Part shown: positions 9,008 to 16,742 of the stretch, piece by piece
How positions within the stretch are numbered: position 1 is the first letter of the stretch
How the letters are laid out: every line of letters starts with the position of its first letter
Origin: Candidatus Bipolaricaulia bacterium
GTDB taxonomy: Bacteria > Bipolaricaulota > Bipolaricaulia > RBG-16-55-9
Reading direction: 5' to 3'
Assembly: GCA_042219045.1 (NCBI GenBank)
Contig: JBDGQO010000017.1
Span: forward strand, 1-16,742
Length of the DNA stretch: 16,742 nucleotides
The notes under the pieces: model-generated
Told to the model about the DNA's origin: nothing
Seen by the model: the letters and a program-made list of their open reading frames with translations, nothing else
Database searches by the model: none
Program-made: the position numbers and the translations under genes

Positions 9008-9679
9008 ATGGAACGTGCCGGGACGCACGGGCGAATCTTCTTTGTCGACTTCGACGGCACGGCCGTGGAGCAGATCGCTTCCAATCGACTCTTGGATCGA
9101 TTTGCGGCCGGCGATTGGCAGACGCTCGATGATCAGCTGTTGCGCGGGGAGATCTCCTTTTACGACTGCGTCCGGACCCAGTTCAACCTGCTGGCCGGAC
9201 AGTCGCGCCGAGCAATGGCGGCGTTCGCCCGCGAGACGATCGAGCTGCGTCCGGGCTTTGCGGACTTCGTGGCCCATTGCGAGCGGGAGGGCCACACGAT
9301 CCACGTCGTCAGCGAGGCGCTCGACTTCCTGATCGATGCCGTCTTGGCACGCGAGGGGCTCGATCATCTGCCCGTCTATGCGGACCGCGGCATCTTCGAC
9401 GGCGATCGTTTCCAGCACATCGAGTTCCCCCATCGTCAGCCCGACTGCGCCTGCGAACTCGGCAACTGCAAGGACGGCCACGTGCGCGCCCACCGCGACG
9501 GCTACGCGGAAGCGGTCTACATCGGCGACGGACCGAACGATCTGTTCGCAGCCCGAGAGGCCGATCGCATCTTCGCGCGTCGCAAGCTGGCCGAGCTGTG
9601 CGACGCCCACGGCCTCCCCTACGTGCCCTTCGACAGCTTCGGCGAAATCTTGGGCGCGCTCGCGCGCACGCGCGCGTGA
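9008..9679 (+). CDS. HAD-IB family phosphatase (MtnX-like)
   Basis: HAD motif I DFDGT, LRPGFxxF, motif II VVS, Cys-containing GNCK motif III and motif IV YIGDGxND; 223 aa. Confidence 0.85.
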   Translation: MERAGTHGRIFFVDFDGTAVEQIASNRLLDRFAAGDWQTLDDQLLRGEISFYDCVRTQFNLLAGQSRRAMAAFARETIELRPGFADFVAHCEREGHTIHVVSEALDFLIDAVLAREGLDHLPVYADRGIFDGDRFQHIEFPHRQPDCACELGNCKDGHVRAHRDGYAEAVYIGDGPNDLFAAREADRIFARRKLAELCDAHGLPYVPFDSFGEILGALARTRA

Positions 9680-9688
9680 GTGCCGTCC

Positions 9689-9717
9689 TTGACAGGGTTT
9701 TGACCCCCGCCTATAAT
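9689..9717 (+). promoter_or_regulatory. consensus sigma70 promoter upstream of topA
   Basis: TTGACA (9689-9694), 17 nt, TATAAT (9712-9717). Confidence 0.88.
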
Positions 9718-9870
9718 GCCAGCCCATTGGATGATGCTACGTTCTGTCGCAAGGACACGCATTTTTGACGATTGTGGACAAGACAGACTGACCGATGAGA
9801 CTGGACGACGGGCCGGGACCCGTGACGGACCCGTAAGCGCCGATCGCCGGTTATCAAGGAGTTGGAACCC

Positions 9871-12180
9871 GTGAAACTCGTGATCGTCGAATCCCCGACC
9901 AAGTCGCGCACGATCGAGCGCTATTTGGGCCCGGGGTTCAAAGTGCTCAGCTCCTACGGCCACGTCCGCGATCTTCCGGAGCGGGAACTGGCCGTCGACA
10001 TCGAGAACGACTTCGAACCGAAGCTGGTTGTTACGAACAAGAAGCCGCTGCCCGATCTCAAGCAAGCCGTGGACGACGCCGAGGTCGTCTACCTGGCGAC
10101 GGACAACGACCGCGAGGGCGAGGCGATCGCGTTTGACCTCCACGAGGTCCTCGACGGCAACAAGAATGCTCGTTACGAGCGCGTCGTCTTCAACGAGATC
10201 ACGCAACGCGTCATCCAGGAGGCCATTCAGAACCCTCGCGAGCTCGATCGCGAAAAGGTCGAAGCCCAGCGCGCCCGGCGCATCCTGGATCGGCTGGTGG
10301 GCTATCTCATCAGCCCGCTGATGTCCAAGTCCTTGGCCAGCAATCGTTTCGAAGGCCTCTCGGCTGGCCGCGTGCAGAGCGTGGCGCTGCGGCTTATCGT
10401 GGACCGCGAGCTGGAGATCCAGGAGTTTGAGCCGCAGGAGTACTGGACGATCGACGCCAAGGTCGCCAATGGCAGCGAGTTCGTGGCCCAGCTCTCCCGC
10501 ATCCGGAACAAGAAGCCCCAAATCCCGAACAAGGACGACGCCGATCGCATTGGGCAGGAGCTCCACCAATGGGCCCAAGATCCCGGTCTGACCGTCAGCT
10601 CCATGAAGGAGAGCCAGACGATCCGCTCGCCGTCGCCGCCGTTTATCACCAGCTCGCTGCAGCAGACCGCCTCGTCCATGCTGAAGTTCTCCCCGAAGAA
10701 GACGATGCAGATCGCGCAACAGCTCTACGAAGGCGTGGAGCTGGAGTCGGGCCACGAGGGGCTCATCACCTACATGCGCACGGACTCGCTCCGAATCGCC
10801 GACGGCGCGCGCGACGCGGCCCGCGAGCTGATCCAATCCAGCTACGGCGACACGTACCTCTCGGAGACGCCACGGGTGTTCAAGAACAAAAAGGCCGCCC
10901 AGGACGCCCACGAGGCGATCCGGCCCACCGACGTCAACCGCACCCCCGAGGCCGTCAAGCCCTATTTGAAGCGGGATCAACACCGGCTCTACACGCTCAT
11001 CTGGGAGCGCTTCGTCGCGACCCAGATGGCCGAGGCCCGCTACAACCGCCGCGACGTCACCCTCAACACGGGCGACTATCAGCTGCGCGCCAAGGGCAGC
11101 CGGCTCGTCTTCGACGGATTCATGAACGTCTGGGACATGCCGCCGTTGAAGGACGAGGGGATTGAGATTCCCGATCTCAATGAGGGGGATCGGCTGACGC
11201 TGCAGGAGATTCTCCCGGAGCAGCACTTCACCGAGCCGCCCAAGCGCTTCAGCGAGGCGACGCTGGTGAAGGAACTGGAAGACAAGGAGATCGGGCGCCC
11301 CAGCACCTACGCCTCCATTGTCTCCACGATCCAAGATCGGAACTACGTCGCCAAAGTGAAGGGCGGATCGCTGCGGCCGACGCTGCTCGGCTTCATCGCC
11401 ACGGATTTCCTCAAGGCGTATTTCCCGTTGACCGTCGAGGAGCAGTTCACCGCGCACATGGAGGAGGAACTCGACAAGGTCAGCGAGGGCGAACGCTCCC
11501 GCGTCGATGTTCTTCAGGAGTTCTATGGGCCGCTGTCCAAGCGATTGACGCAGGTTGAAGAGGAGCTGGCCCGCGAGGAGCGCAAGTTCCGCGTTCTCAC
11601 CGACGTCGCGTGCCCGGCCTGCGGCTCGGCCATGGAAGTTCGGTTCTGGAAGGGGAGCGCCTTCCTCGGCTGCTCGCGCTATCCCGAGTGCAAGCAGACC
11701 GTTGACTTCCCGTACGAGCAACTGGAGTACGCGTACCGCGACCGCAAGGTCGTCGTCGCGGAGAACCTCCAGGCCCACCAGCGCGAGAAGGAACAGCAGA
11801 AAGCGGAAATGCCGGAACGGCACTGCCCGAACTGTGGCGCCTCCATGGAGCTCAAGGAGGGGCGCTACGGGCGCTTCTGGGGCTGCACGAACTACCCCGA
11901 CTGCAAAACGACCGAGCCGGTCTCCACGGGGGTGCCGTGCCCGCGTTGCGGGCGCGACATCGTCGAACGATATTCGCGCAAGCGGCGGAAGCCGTTCTAC
12001 GGCTGCTCCGGGTTCCCCGACTGCAAGTTGGCGCTCAACCTGAAGCCGGTGAACCTCTGTCCCGAGTGCGACGACGGGGTCATGGTGGAGCTGAAGGAGA
12101 AACTGGCCTGCAGCAACAAGAGCTGCGGCCACGAGGAGTCGCTGCCCGAATCAGAGGACGAGGCCGACTCAAGCGCCTGA
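9871..12180 (+). CDS. topA: DNA topoisomerase I (type IA) with four C-terminal Cys4 zinc ribbons
   Basis: LVIVESPxK, GHVRDL, ATDxDREGE, SAGRVQS, catalytic ITYMRTDS, AHEAIRPT, IGRPSTY. Start placed at GTG 9871 with SD AAGGAG (9856-9861); the ORF track starts at TTG 9862. Confidence 0.97.
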   Translation: MKLVIVESPTKSRTIERYLGPGFKVLSSYGHVRDLPERELAVDIENDFEPKLVVTNKKPLPDLKQAVDDAEVVYLATDNDREGEAIAFDLHEVLDGNKNARYERVVFNEITQRVIQEAIQNPRELDREKVEAQRARRILDRLVGYLISPLMSKSLASNRFEGLSAGRVQSVALRLIVDRELEIQEFEPQEYWTIDAKVANGSEFVAQLSRIRNKKPQIPNKDDADRIGQELHQWAQDPGLTVSSMKESQTIRSPSPPFITSSLQQTASSMLKFSPKKTMQIAQQLYEGVELESGHEGLITYMRTDSLRIADGARDAARELIQSSYGDTYLSETPRVFKNKKAAQDAHEAIRPTDVNRTPEAVKPYLKRDQHRLYTLIWERFVATQMAEARYNRRDVTLNTGDYQLRAKGSRLVFDGFMNVWDMPPLKDEGIEIPDLNEGDRLTLQEILPEQHFTEPPKRFSEATLVKELEDKEIGRPSTYASIVSTIQDRNYVAKVKGGSLRPTLLGFIATDFLKAYFPLTVEEQFTAHMEEELDKVSEGERSRVDVLQEFYGPLSKRLTQVEEELAREERKFRVLTDVACPACGSAMEVRFWKGSAFLGCSRYPECKQTVDFPYEQLEYAYRDRKVVVAENLQAHQREKEQQKAEMPERHCPNCGASMELKEGRYGRFWGCTNYPDCKTTEPVSTGVPCPRCGRDIVERYSRKRRKPFYGCSGFPDCKLALNLKPVNLCPECDDGVMVELKEKLACSNKSCGHEESLPESEDEADSSA

Positions 12181-12234
12181 CGGGTCGTCGCTCGCTTGCA
12201 CGGCGAACTCGACGACGGATACAAACGGATCATC

Positions 12235-14064
12235 ATGGCTCGCCACTTCTCCTTTGAGCGGTTCCTGAACGTGCAGAGCGCGTACGCACCGTCGTTCAGC
12301 AGCGGTGGCGATCAACTGAGGTTTATCAGCGACATCACAGGGTTACCGCAGGTGTTCCAGATTGACAAACCTGGGACATGGCCCGAGCAGCTGACCTTCG
12401 GCCAGGAACGGGTCGGCACCGTCAAGAGCTCGCCCGTTCGGCCTGAGCTCGTTTTCGGCATGGACACCGGCGGCAACGAGCGCCAGCAACTGTTCTATCT
12501 GGGCGAGGGCGGCGCGGACATCCGGCCGCTGACGGATCAGCCGGAGGCGATCCATACGTTCGGGGCGTTCTCACCCGACGGCTCACAGATCGCCTACACC
12601 GCCAATCGTCGGCATTCGGCCCATTTCGACGTCTTCGTCCAAGCGATCCCCGATGGGGAGCCGACGTCCGTGTGGGAAGCCGAGGGCATGCGCAGCGTCG
12701 CGGACTGGTCCCCCGATGGCCGGACGCTTCTCATTGGGAAAGCCCACTCGCTGTTGCATCATGAGCTGTTCTGCCTGGATCTTGATGCGGGGACCCTGGC
12801 CCGCTTGACGCCCGAATCGGCCGGGGCACGCTTCACGGGAGCCCACTGGCTTCCGGCCGGCGACACGGTCGTCTGTCTGACGGACTACGAGCATGAGTTC
12901 CTGGCACCGGCGACCATCGACGTGACGACGGGCCAGATCCAGCGGCTCGCGGTCACGGAGTGGGACGCGGAGCATCTGGCCGTCTCGCCGGATGGCGCTC
13001 GGCTCGCCTACGCGCTCAACGCGGACGGATACTCCGAACTGCACGTTCAGGAGCTGGACACGGACCAACGGTCAACGATAGAAAGCTTGCCATCGGGCAT
13101 CATCGGCGCCCGTCCCGACGTCGCGCCGTTGACGTTTGCCCCCGATGGCCGGCGCCTGGCGTTCACCTTCACCGGGGCCAAGCACAACCCGGACGTCTGG
13201 ATGGTCGAAATTGACGGTAGCACCCCCGAACGCGCCACGCGCAGCGCTCGGGCCGGAATTCCTCAGAGCGAGTTCGTCGAGCCCGAGCTGATCCGCTATC
13301 CCACGTTCGACGATCGAGCCATTCCTGCCTTCTATTACCCCCCTCGTGAACAAGCCGGGAATTGGCCCGTCGTCGTCTACGTGCACGGCGGTCCGGAGAG
13401 CCAATTTCGGCCCGACTTCAATCCCGTGATCCAATATTTCTGCCACCGCGGCTATGGCGTCCTCGCAACCAACGTGCGCGGCTCGACGGGCTATGGGAGA
13501 TCGTTCTCACATCTGGACGACGTCGAGGCGCGGATGGATGCGGTCGCTGACCTCCGATACGCCGTCGAATGGCTCAAGACCGTCGGCAACGCGGATCCCA
13601 ATCGCATTGCCGTTATGGGCGGCAGCTACGGCGGGTTCATGGTCTTGGCTGCGGTTACATCCTATCCCGACATATGGGCCGCGGCCGTCGACATCGTCGG
13701 CATCGCCAACTTTGTCACGTTCCTCGAGAACACGGGGCCGTGGCGCCGCCATCTCCGCGAGGCCGAATACGGGTCGCTGGAGCACGATCGCGAGCTCCTG
13801 GAGGCGATCTCTCCCATCCATCAAGTCGAGCGGATCACGGCGCCGTTGATGGTCATTCATGGCGCCAATGATCCGCGCGTGCCCGTCGGGGAAGCCGAAC
13901 AGATCGTCGATCAGCTTCAATCGCGACGTCACCCAGTGGAATATCTGCGCTACGAGGACGAAGGGCACGGGCTCGTCAAGTTGGCCAATAAGCTGGATGC
14001 TTACCCGCGAGTCGCGGATTTCCTGACACGCCATCTCCAGGGCAATCCGACAACGGCGAGTTGA
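12235..14064 (+). CDS. S9 family serine peptidase (acylaminoacyl/dipeptidyl aminopeptidase-like), beta-propeller plus alpha/beta hydrolase
   Basis: Repeated SPDG propeller motifs, HGGPE, NVRGSTGYG, nucleophile GGSYGG, HGANDPRVP (Asp) and DEGHG (His). ATG 12235 is preferred over TTG 12196. Confidence 0.93.
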   Translation: MARHFSFERFLNVQSAYAPSFSSGGDQLRFISDITGLPQVFQIDKPGTWPEQLTFGQERVGTVKSSPVRPELVFGMDTGGNERQQLFYLGEGGADIRPLTDQPEAIHTFGAFSPDGSQIAYTANRRHSAHFDVFVQAIPDGEPTSVWEAEGMRSVADWSPDGRTLLIGKAHSLLHHELFCLDLDAGTLARLTPESAGARFTGAHWLPAGDTVVCLTDYEHEFLAPATIDVTTGQIQRLAVTEWDAEHLAVSPDGARLAYALNADGYSELHVQELDTDQRSTIESLPSGIIGARPDVAPLTFAPDGRRLAFTFTGAKHNPDVWMVEIDGSTPERATRSARAGIPQSEFVEPELIRYPTFDDRAIPAFYYPPREQAGNWPVVVYVHGGPESQFRPDFNPVIQYFCHRGYGVLATNVRGSTGYGRSFSHLDDVEARMDAVADLRYAVEWLKTVGNADPNRIAVMGGSYGGFMVLAAVTSYPDIWAAAVDIVGIANFVTFLENTGPWRRHLREAEYGSLEHDRELLEAISPIHQVERITAPLMVIHGANDPRVPVGEAEQIVDQLQSRRHPVEYLRYEDEGHGLVKLANKLDAYPRVADFLTRHLQGNPTTAS

Positions 14065-14085
14065 ACGGGGACGGCTTCGGATATC

Positions 14086-14114
14086 TTGATGCCGGTTGGT
14101 TGTCCGCATAGAAT
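14086..14114 (+). promoter_or_regulatory. promoter of tRNA-Leu
   Basis: TTGATG (14086-14091), 17 nt, TAGAAT (14109-14114). Confidence 0.65.
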
Positions 14115-14131
14115 ACAGCTCTGACGGATTT

Positions 14132-14217
14132 GCCGGGGTGGCGGAACAGGCAGACGCGAGGGACTTAAAATCCCTTGGGGTTTCCCCGTGCGGGTTCAAG
14201 TCCCGCCCCCGGCACCA
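14132..14217 (+). tRNA. tRNA-Leu (anticodon UAA), CCA encoded
   Basis: Acceptor GCCGGGG/CCCCGGC-A-CCA; anticodon arm AGGGA-CT TAA AA-TCCCT; long variable arm GGGG TTT CCCC; T-loop GTTCAAG. Confidence 0.97.
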
Positions 14218-14267
14218 CTTCGTGGATACCGGAGCCGCGACCTCCCTGTTGACCCGACCCAACTCAC

Positions 14268-14296
14268 TTGAAATGGGTCCACGCGCTGTTTATAAT
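14268..14296 (+). promoter_or_regulatory. promoter of initiator tRNA-Met
   Basis: TTGAAA (14268-14273), 17 nt, TATAAT (14291-14296). Confidence 0.85.
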
Positions 14297-14308
14297 TCTC
14301 CTCGAGCG

Positions 14309-14384
14309 TGCGGGGTGGAGCAACAGGAAGCTCGTCGGGCTCATAACCCGGAGGCTGCCGGTTCGAATCCGGCCCCCGCAACCA
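14309..14384 (+). tRNA. initiator tRNA-Met (anticodon CAU), CCA encoded
   Basis: TGCGGGGTGGAGCA...TCGGG CT CAT AA CCCGG...GGTTCGAATCC...CCCCGCA-A-CCA. Three consecutive G-C pairs in the anticodon stem and A11-U24 are initiator hallmarks. Confidence 0.97.
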
Positions 14385-14392
14385 GGCAGATC

Positions 14393-14425
14393 GAAAAGGG
14401 CCGCGGGTCATCGCGGCCCTTTTTC
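14393..14425 (+). terminator. intrinsic terminator after the tRNA genes (potentially bidirectional)
   Basis: GAAAAGGGCCGCG-GGTCAT-CGCGGCCCTTTTT: a GC-rich stem with a downstream T-run and upstream A-run. Confidence 0.9.
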
Positions 14426-14541
14426 CATGCGGGCTCTTGCCGACTGCCGTCGAATTTAGCATGATCAAACAGGCTTGCATGGCGACGTTGGAAACGCCCT
14501 GTTGTCCTCTCCCTCATGCCATAGACTGATTGAGATCAGCC

Positions 14542-15324
14542 ATGACGGAGCCGCACGAACTGACGATCAACTCGGAAGCTTTGACGAAGTGGTTCGGCGG
14601 TCGCCAGGCCGTGCAGAACCTCGATCTGCAAGCCTACTCGGGCGAGATCTTCGGCTTTCTGGGCCCCAATGGCGCGGGCAAGACCACGACGATTCGCATG
14701 CTGACGGGATTGCTCAAGCCGACAGGGGGCGAAGCGGCCATCGCTGGGTTCGACGTCGCCACGCAGCCGATCGAGGTCAAGCGCCGCATCGGATACCTCG
14801 CCGATCCGCCGTTTCTATACGAGCAGCTGACGGGAGGGGAGTTTCTCGAGTTCATCGCTGAGCTTTACGGCGTCCCGTTCGACGGCGTCAGCGACCGGGC
14901 CCAACGTCTGCTGGAGCTGTTGGAGCTGGACACCCGAGTTGGGGAGCTGGTCGAAGGCTACTCGCACGGCATGCGCCAAAAGCTGGCGCTGGTGGGCATG
15001 CTGCTGCACGATCCCGAGGTCCTGTTTCTGGACGAGCCGACGGCGGGGCTGGACCCGCGCAGTGCTCGAGCGGTGAAGGATCTGCTCGTTGAACTGGCCC
15101 GGCGCGGACGGACGGTCTTTCTGTCGACTCACATCCTGGAGATCGCCCAGCACATGTGCCATCGCGTGGGCATCATCAACGAGGGAGAGCTGATCGCCGT
15201 AGGCAGTCTGGCCGAGCTGCGCGAGCAGGCCCGCGCCGGCGAAGCGTCGTTGGAAGACCTCTTTCTGGAGTTGACCGGCGGCGCCGACGTGCGCGAGATC
15301 GCCGACGTCCTCGAGGCGAGCTGA
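14542..15324 (+). CDS. ABC transporter ATP-binding protein (ABC-2/multidrug export type)
   Basis: Walker A GPNGAGKTT, signature YSHGMRQK, Walker B LFLDEPT and H-loop STH. ATG 14542 is preferred over TTG 14530. Confidence 0.95.
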   Translation: MTEPHELTINSEALTKWFGGRQAVQNLDLQAYSGEIFGFLGPNGAGKTTTIRMLTGLLKPTGGEAAIAGFDVATQPIEVKRRIGYLADPPFLYEQLTGGEFLEFIAELYGVPFDGVSDRAQRLLELLELDTRVGELVEGYSHGMRQKLALVGMLLHDPEVLFLDEPTAGLDPRSARAVKDLLVELARRGRTVFLSTHILEIAQHMCHRVGIINEGELIAVGSLAELREQARAGEASLEDLFLELTGGADVREIADVLEAS

Positions 15325-15325
15325 G

Positions 15326-16742
15326 ATGCTGGCGTATCTGCTCCGCCACCGGTTCCAGCTCTGGTTGCGAAGGACTTTCCGCAGCGGCGGTCGCTGGCAG
15401 GGCCTCATCCTGTTCGTCGTCGTCGCGGCGGTGGCCTATTTGGTATTCCAGGGCTCGTCGTCGCTGTTCGCGGAATTGATCCGTTCCAGCCCCTCGCTTG
15501 TGGAACCGCTGCTGTCGCTGATGTTCGGCGGCTTGGTGCTGATCGCACTGCTGTCCGGGTTCAGCCTCATGCTGCATGAGCTGTTCCTGCGTTCCGATCT
15601 CGAGCTGCTGTTGGCAGCCCCGGTGTCCCTTCGCACGCTTTTCGGGGTGAAGTTGATCGAAGGCATGGCCGCCGTCGGGGCGTTTGCAGGCCTGCTCGGG
15701 ATCACCGCGCTGGCCGGCTATGCCCGGGCGTCCGGAGCGCCGTTGGGCGTGGCGCTCACGGGACTCATCGTGCTCGCGGCGCTGCTGATCGCGACCACGG
15801 CGCTCGCGATGCTGGCGATCCTGCTCGTGACGCGCGTGGTGCCGCCCGGTCGCGTGCGCGGTGCATTGGCGGCGCTGGGGGCGCTCGCCGGCGCCGGCAT
15901 CTGGCTGAGCTTCATGCTCGTGAACACCGCATCCGAGTCGGCGTCGCTCGGCACGGCCCTCGGCCCGATGATCGAGAGCTGGCGGGGTGCCATCTGGTCG
16001 CCGACGACGTGGGCAGCCGACGCGCTGACGTCCGTGCAGGCCGGTCGCTGGCAGACGTTTGCCCTGGATATCGGCCTCCTTGGGGCGCTGACGCTCGGGT
16101 TGACAGCGCTCAGCTACGTCACGTTTGCGCGGACGTTCTATCTGGGCCACGGCCGAGTCCGTGACGTCGGACAGCGCGACATGCCAGACCCGGGGTCGTT
16201 GAGCGCCAGTCGTCTCAGTCGAGCGCTCCGGTTTCTGCCCCCGCCCATGCGCGCCGTGGCGATCAAGGACTGGCGCACGCTGCGACGCGATTTGCGGATG
16301 CTCAGCCAACTCATCTTTCCGCTGGTCATCACCGGCTTCGTCGTCTTCTCCATAGCCACGAACGAGGGCATGGGCCAGGCGACCGCCCAGCTGTCGGACC
16401 AAGCCCTCTATTGGCTCTTTTTGGCTCCCCTGGCGATGCTCACGTGGTTCGTCGTGGGCGAGATCTCCATCTATGCCTTCGGGTGGGAAGGTCAGGCGTT
16501 CGCGATCCTGCGCATCGGCCCGATCCGCCCCGGTCGGGTGCTGCTCGCCAAGGGGCTGACCAGCTTCGTTCCGTTGATGACAGTGTTCGGGGCAGGCGCC
16601 ATCGGGATCGGGATCTGGCAGGGTGTGAGCCCCGTCCATATGATGCTGGGCGTCGCGGGGCTCGCCTGGGTTCTAGCAGGGACGTTGGCGATCGTGACCT
16701 CGACGGCGGCGCTGATGACGCGCTTCGACGCGGAGCATCCCC
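15326..16742 (+). CDS. putative ABC exporter permease, large duplicated type (3' end outside the window)
   Basis: Absent from the ORF track because it has no stop in the window. ATG 15326 follows the ATPase stop and reads MLAYLLRHRFQLW..., with many hydrophobic segments, LFLRSDLELLLAAPV, KDWRTLRRD, EGQAFAILRIGP and terminal RFDAEHP. Confidence 0.88.
   Translation, partial: MLAYLLRHRFQLWLRRTFRSGGRWQGLILFVVVAAVAYLVFQGSSSLFAELIRSSPSLVEPLLSLMFGGLVLIALLSGFSLMLHELFLRSDLELLLAAPVSLRTLFGVKLIEGMAAVGAFAGLLGITALAGYARASGAPLGVALTGLIVLAALLIATTALAMLAILLVTRVVPPGRVRGALAALGALAGAGIWLSFMLVNTASESASLGTALGPMIESWRGAIWSPTTWAADALTSVQAGRWQTFALDIGLLGALTLGLTALSYVTFARTFYLGHGRVRDVGQRDMPDPGSLSASRLSRALRFLPPPMRAVAIKDWRTLRRDLRMLSQLIFPLVITGFVVFSIATNEGMGQATAQLSDQALYWLFLAPLAMLTWFVVGEISIYAFGWEGQAFAILRIGPIRPGRVLLAKGLTSFVPLMTVFGAGAIGIGIWQGVSPVHMMLGVAGLAWVLAGTLAIVTSTAALMTRFDAEHP

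Noticed and set aside
9619..12132. 837-aa minus-strand ORF
   Set aside because: Antisense shadow of topA. GC-rich codon bias suppresses stops on the opposite strand and it has no recognisable motifs.
14132..14540. tRNA genes as an integration site for a genomic island
   Set aside because: No duplicated tRNA 3' end, integrase or composition shift is visible downstream.
15176..16639. 487-aa minus-strand ORF
   Set aside because: Antisense to the ABC permease, whose plus-strand frame is clearly a membrane protein.

Overview
A GC-rich bacterial chromosomal window made mostly of housekeeping genes. A complete 16S rRNA gene (minus strand, ~81-1634) has a near-consensus sigma70 promoter, boxA-like sites and a 16-bp processing stem. 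Its unusual signatures suggest a deep-branching lineage, possibly Bipolaricaulota/Acetothermia-like (inference, not searched). The plus strand then carries ddl, a class I/II PLP aminotransferase, tlyA, coaE and an alanine-racemase-family gene. A minus-strand perR-katA peroxide cassette follows, then a HAD-IB (MtnX-like) phosphatase, topA, an S9 peptidase, tRNA-Leu(UAA), initiator tRNA-Met(CAU), an ABC ATPase and an ABC permease that runs off the window. I found no mobile element, CRISPR array or defence island. The best leads are subtle: (1) a racemase with intact catalytic residues but a remodelled substrate entryway, near a Ddl with Asp at the DdlB-Leu282 position, suggesting non-standard D-amino acids in the cell wall; (2) an initiator tRNA with a U1-A72 pair instead of the C1xA72 mismatch; (3) three SD-less genes sharing a '-10 hexamer / 9 nt / ATG' layout; (4) three mismatches to the 27F primer and a shortened helix 44 in the 16S; (5) acidic, Lys-poor proteins suggesting halophily. 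All reference comparisons were made by eye from memory.
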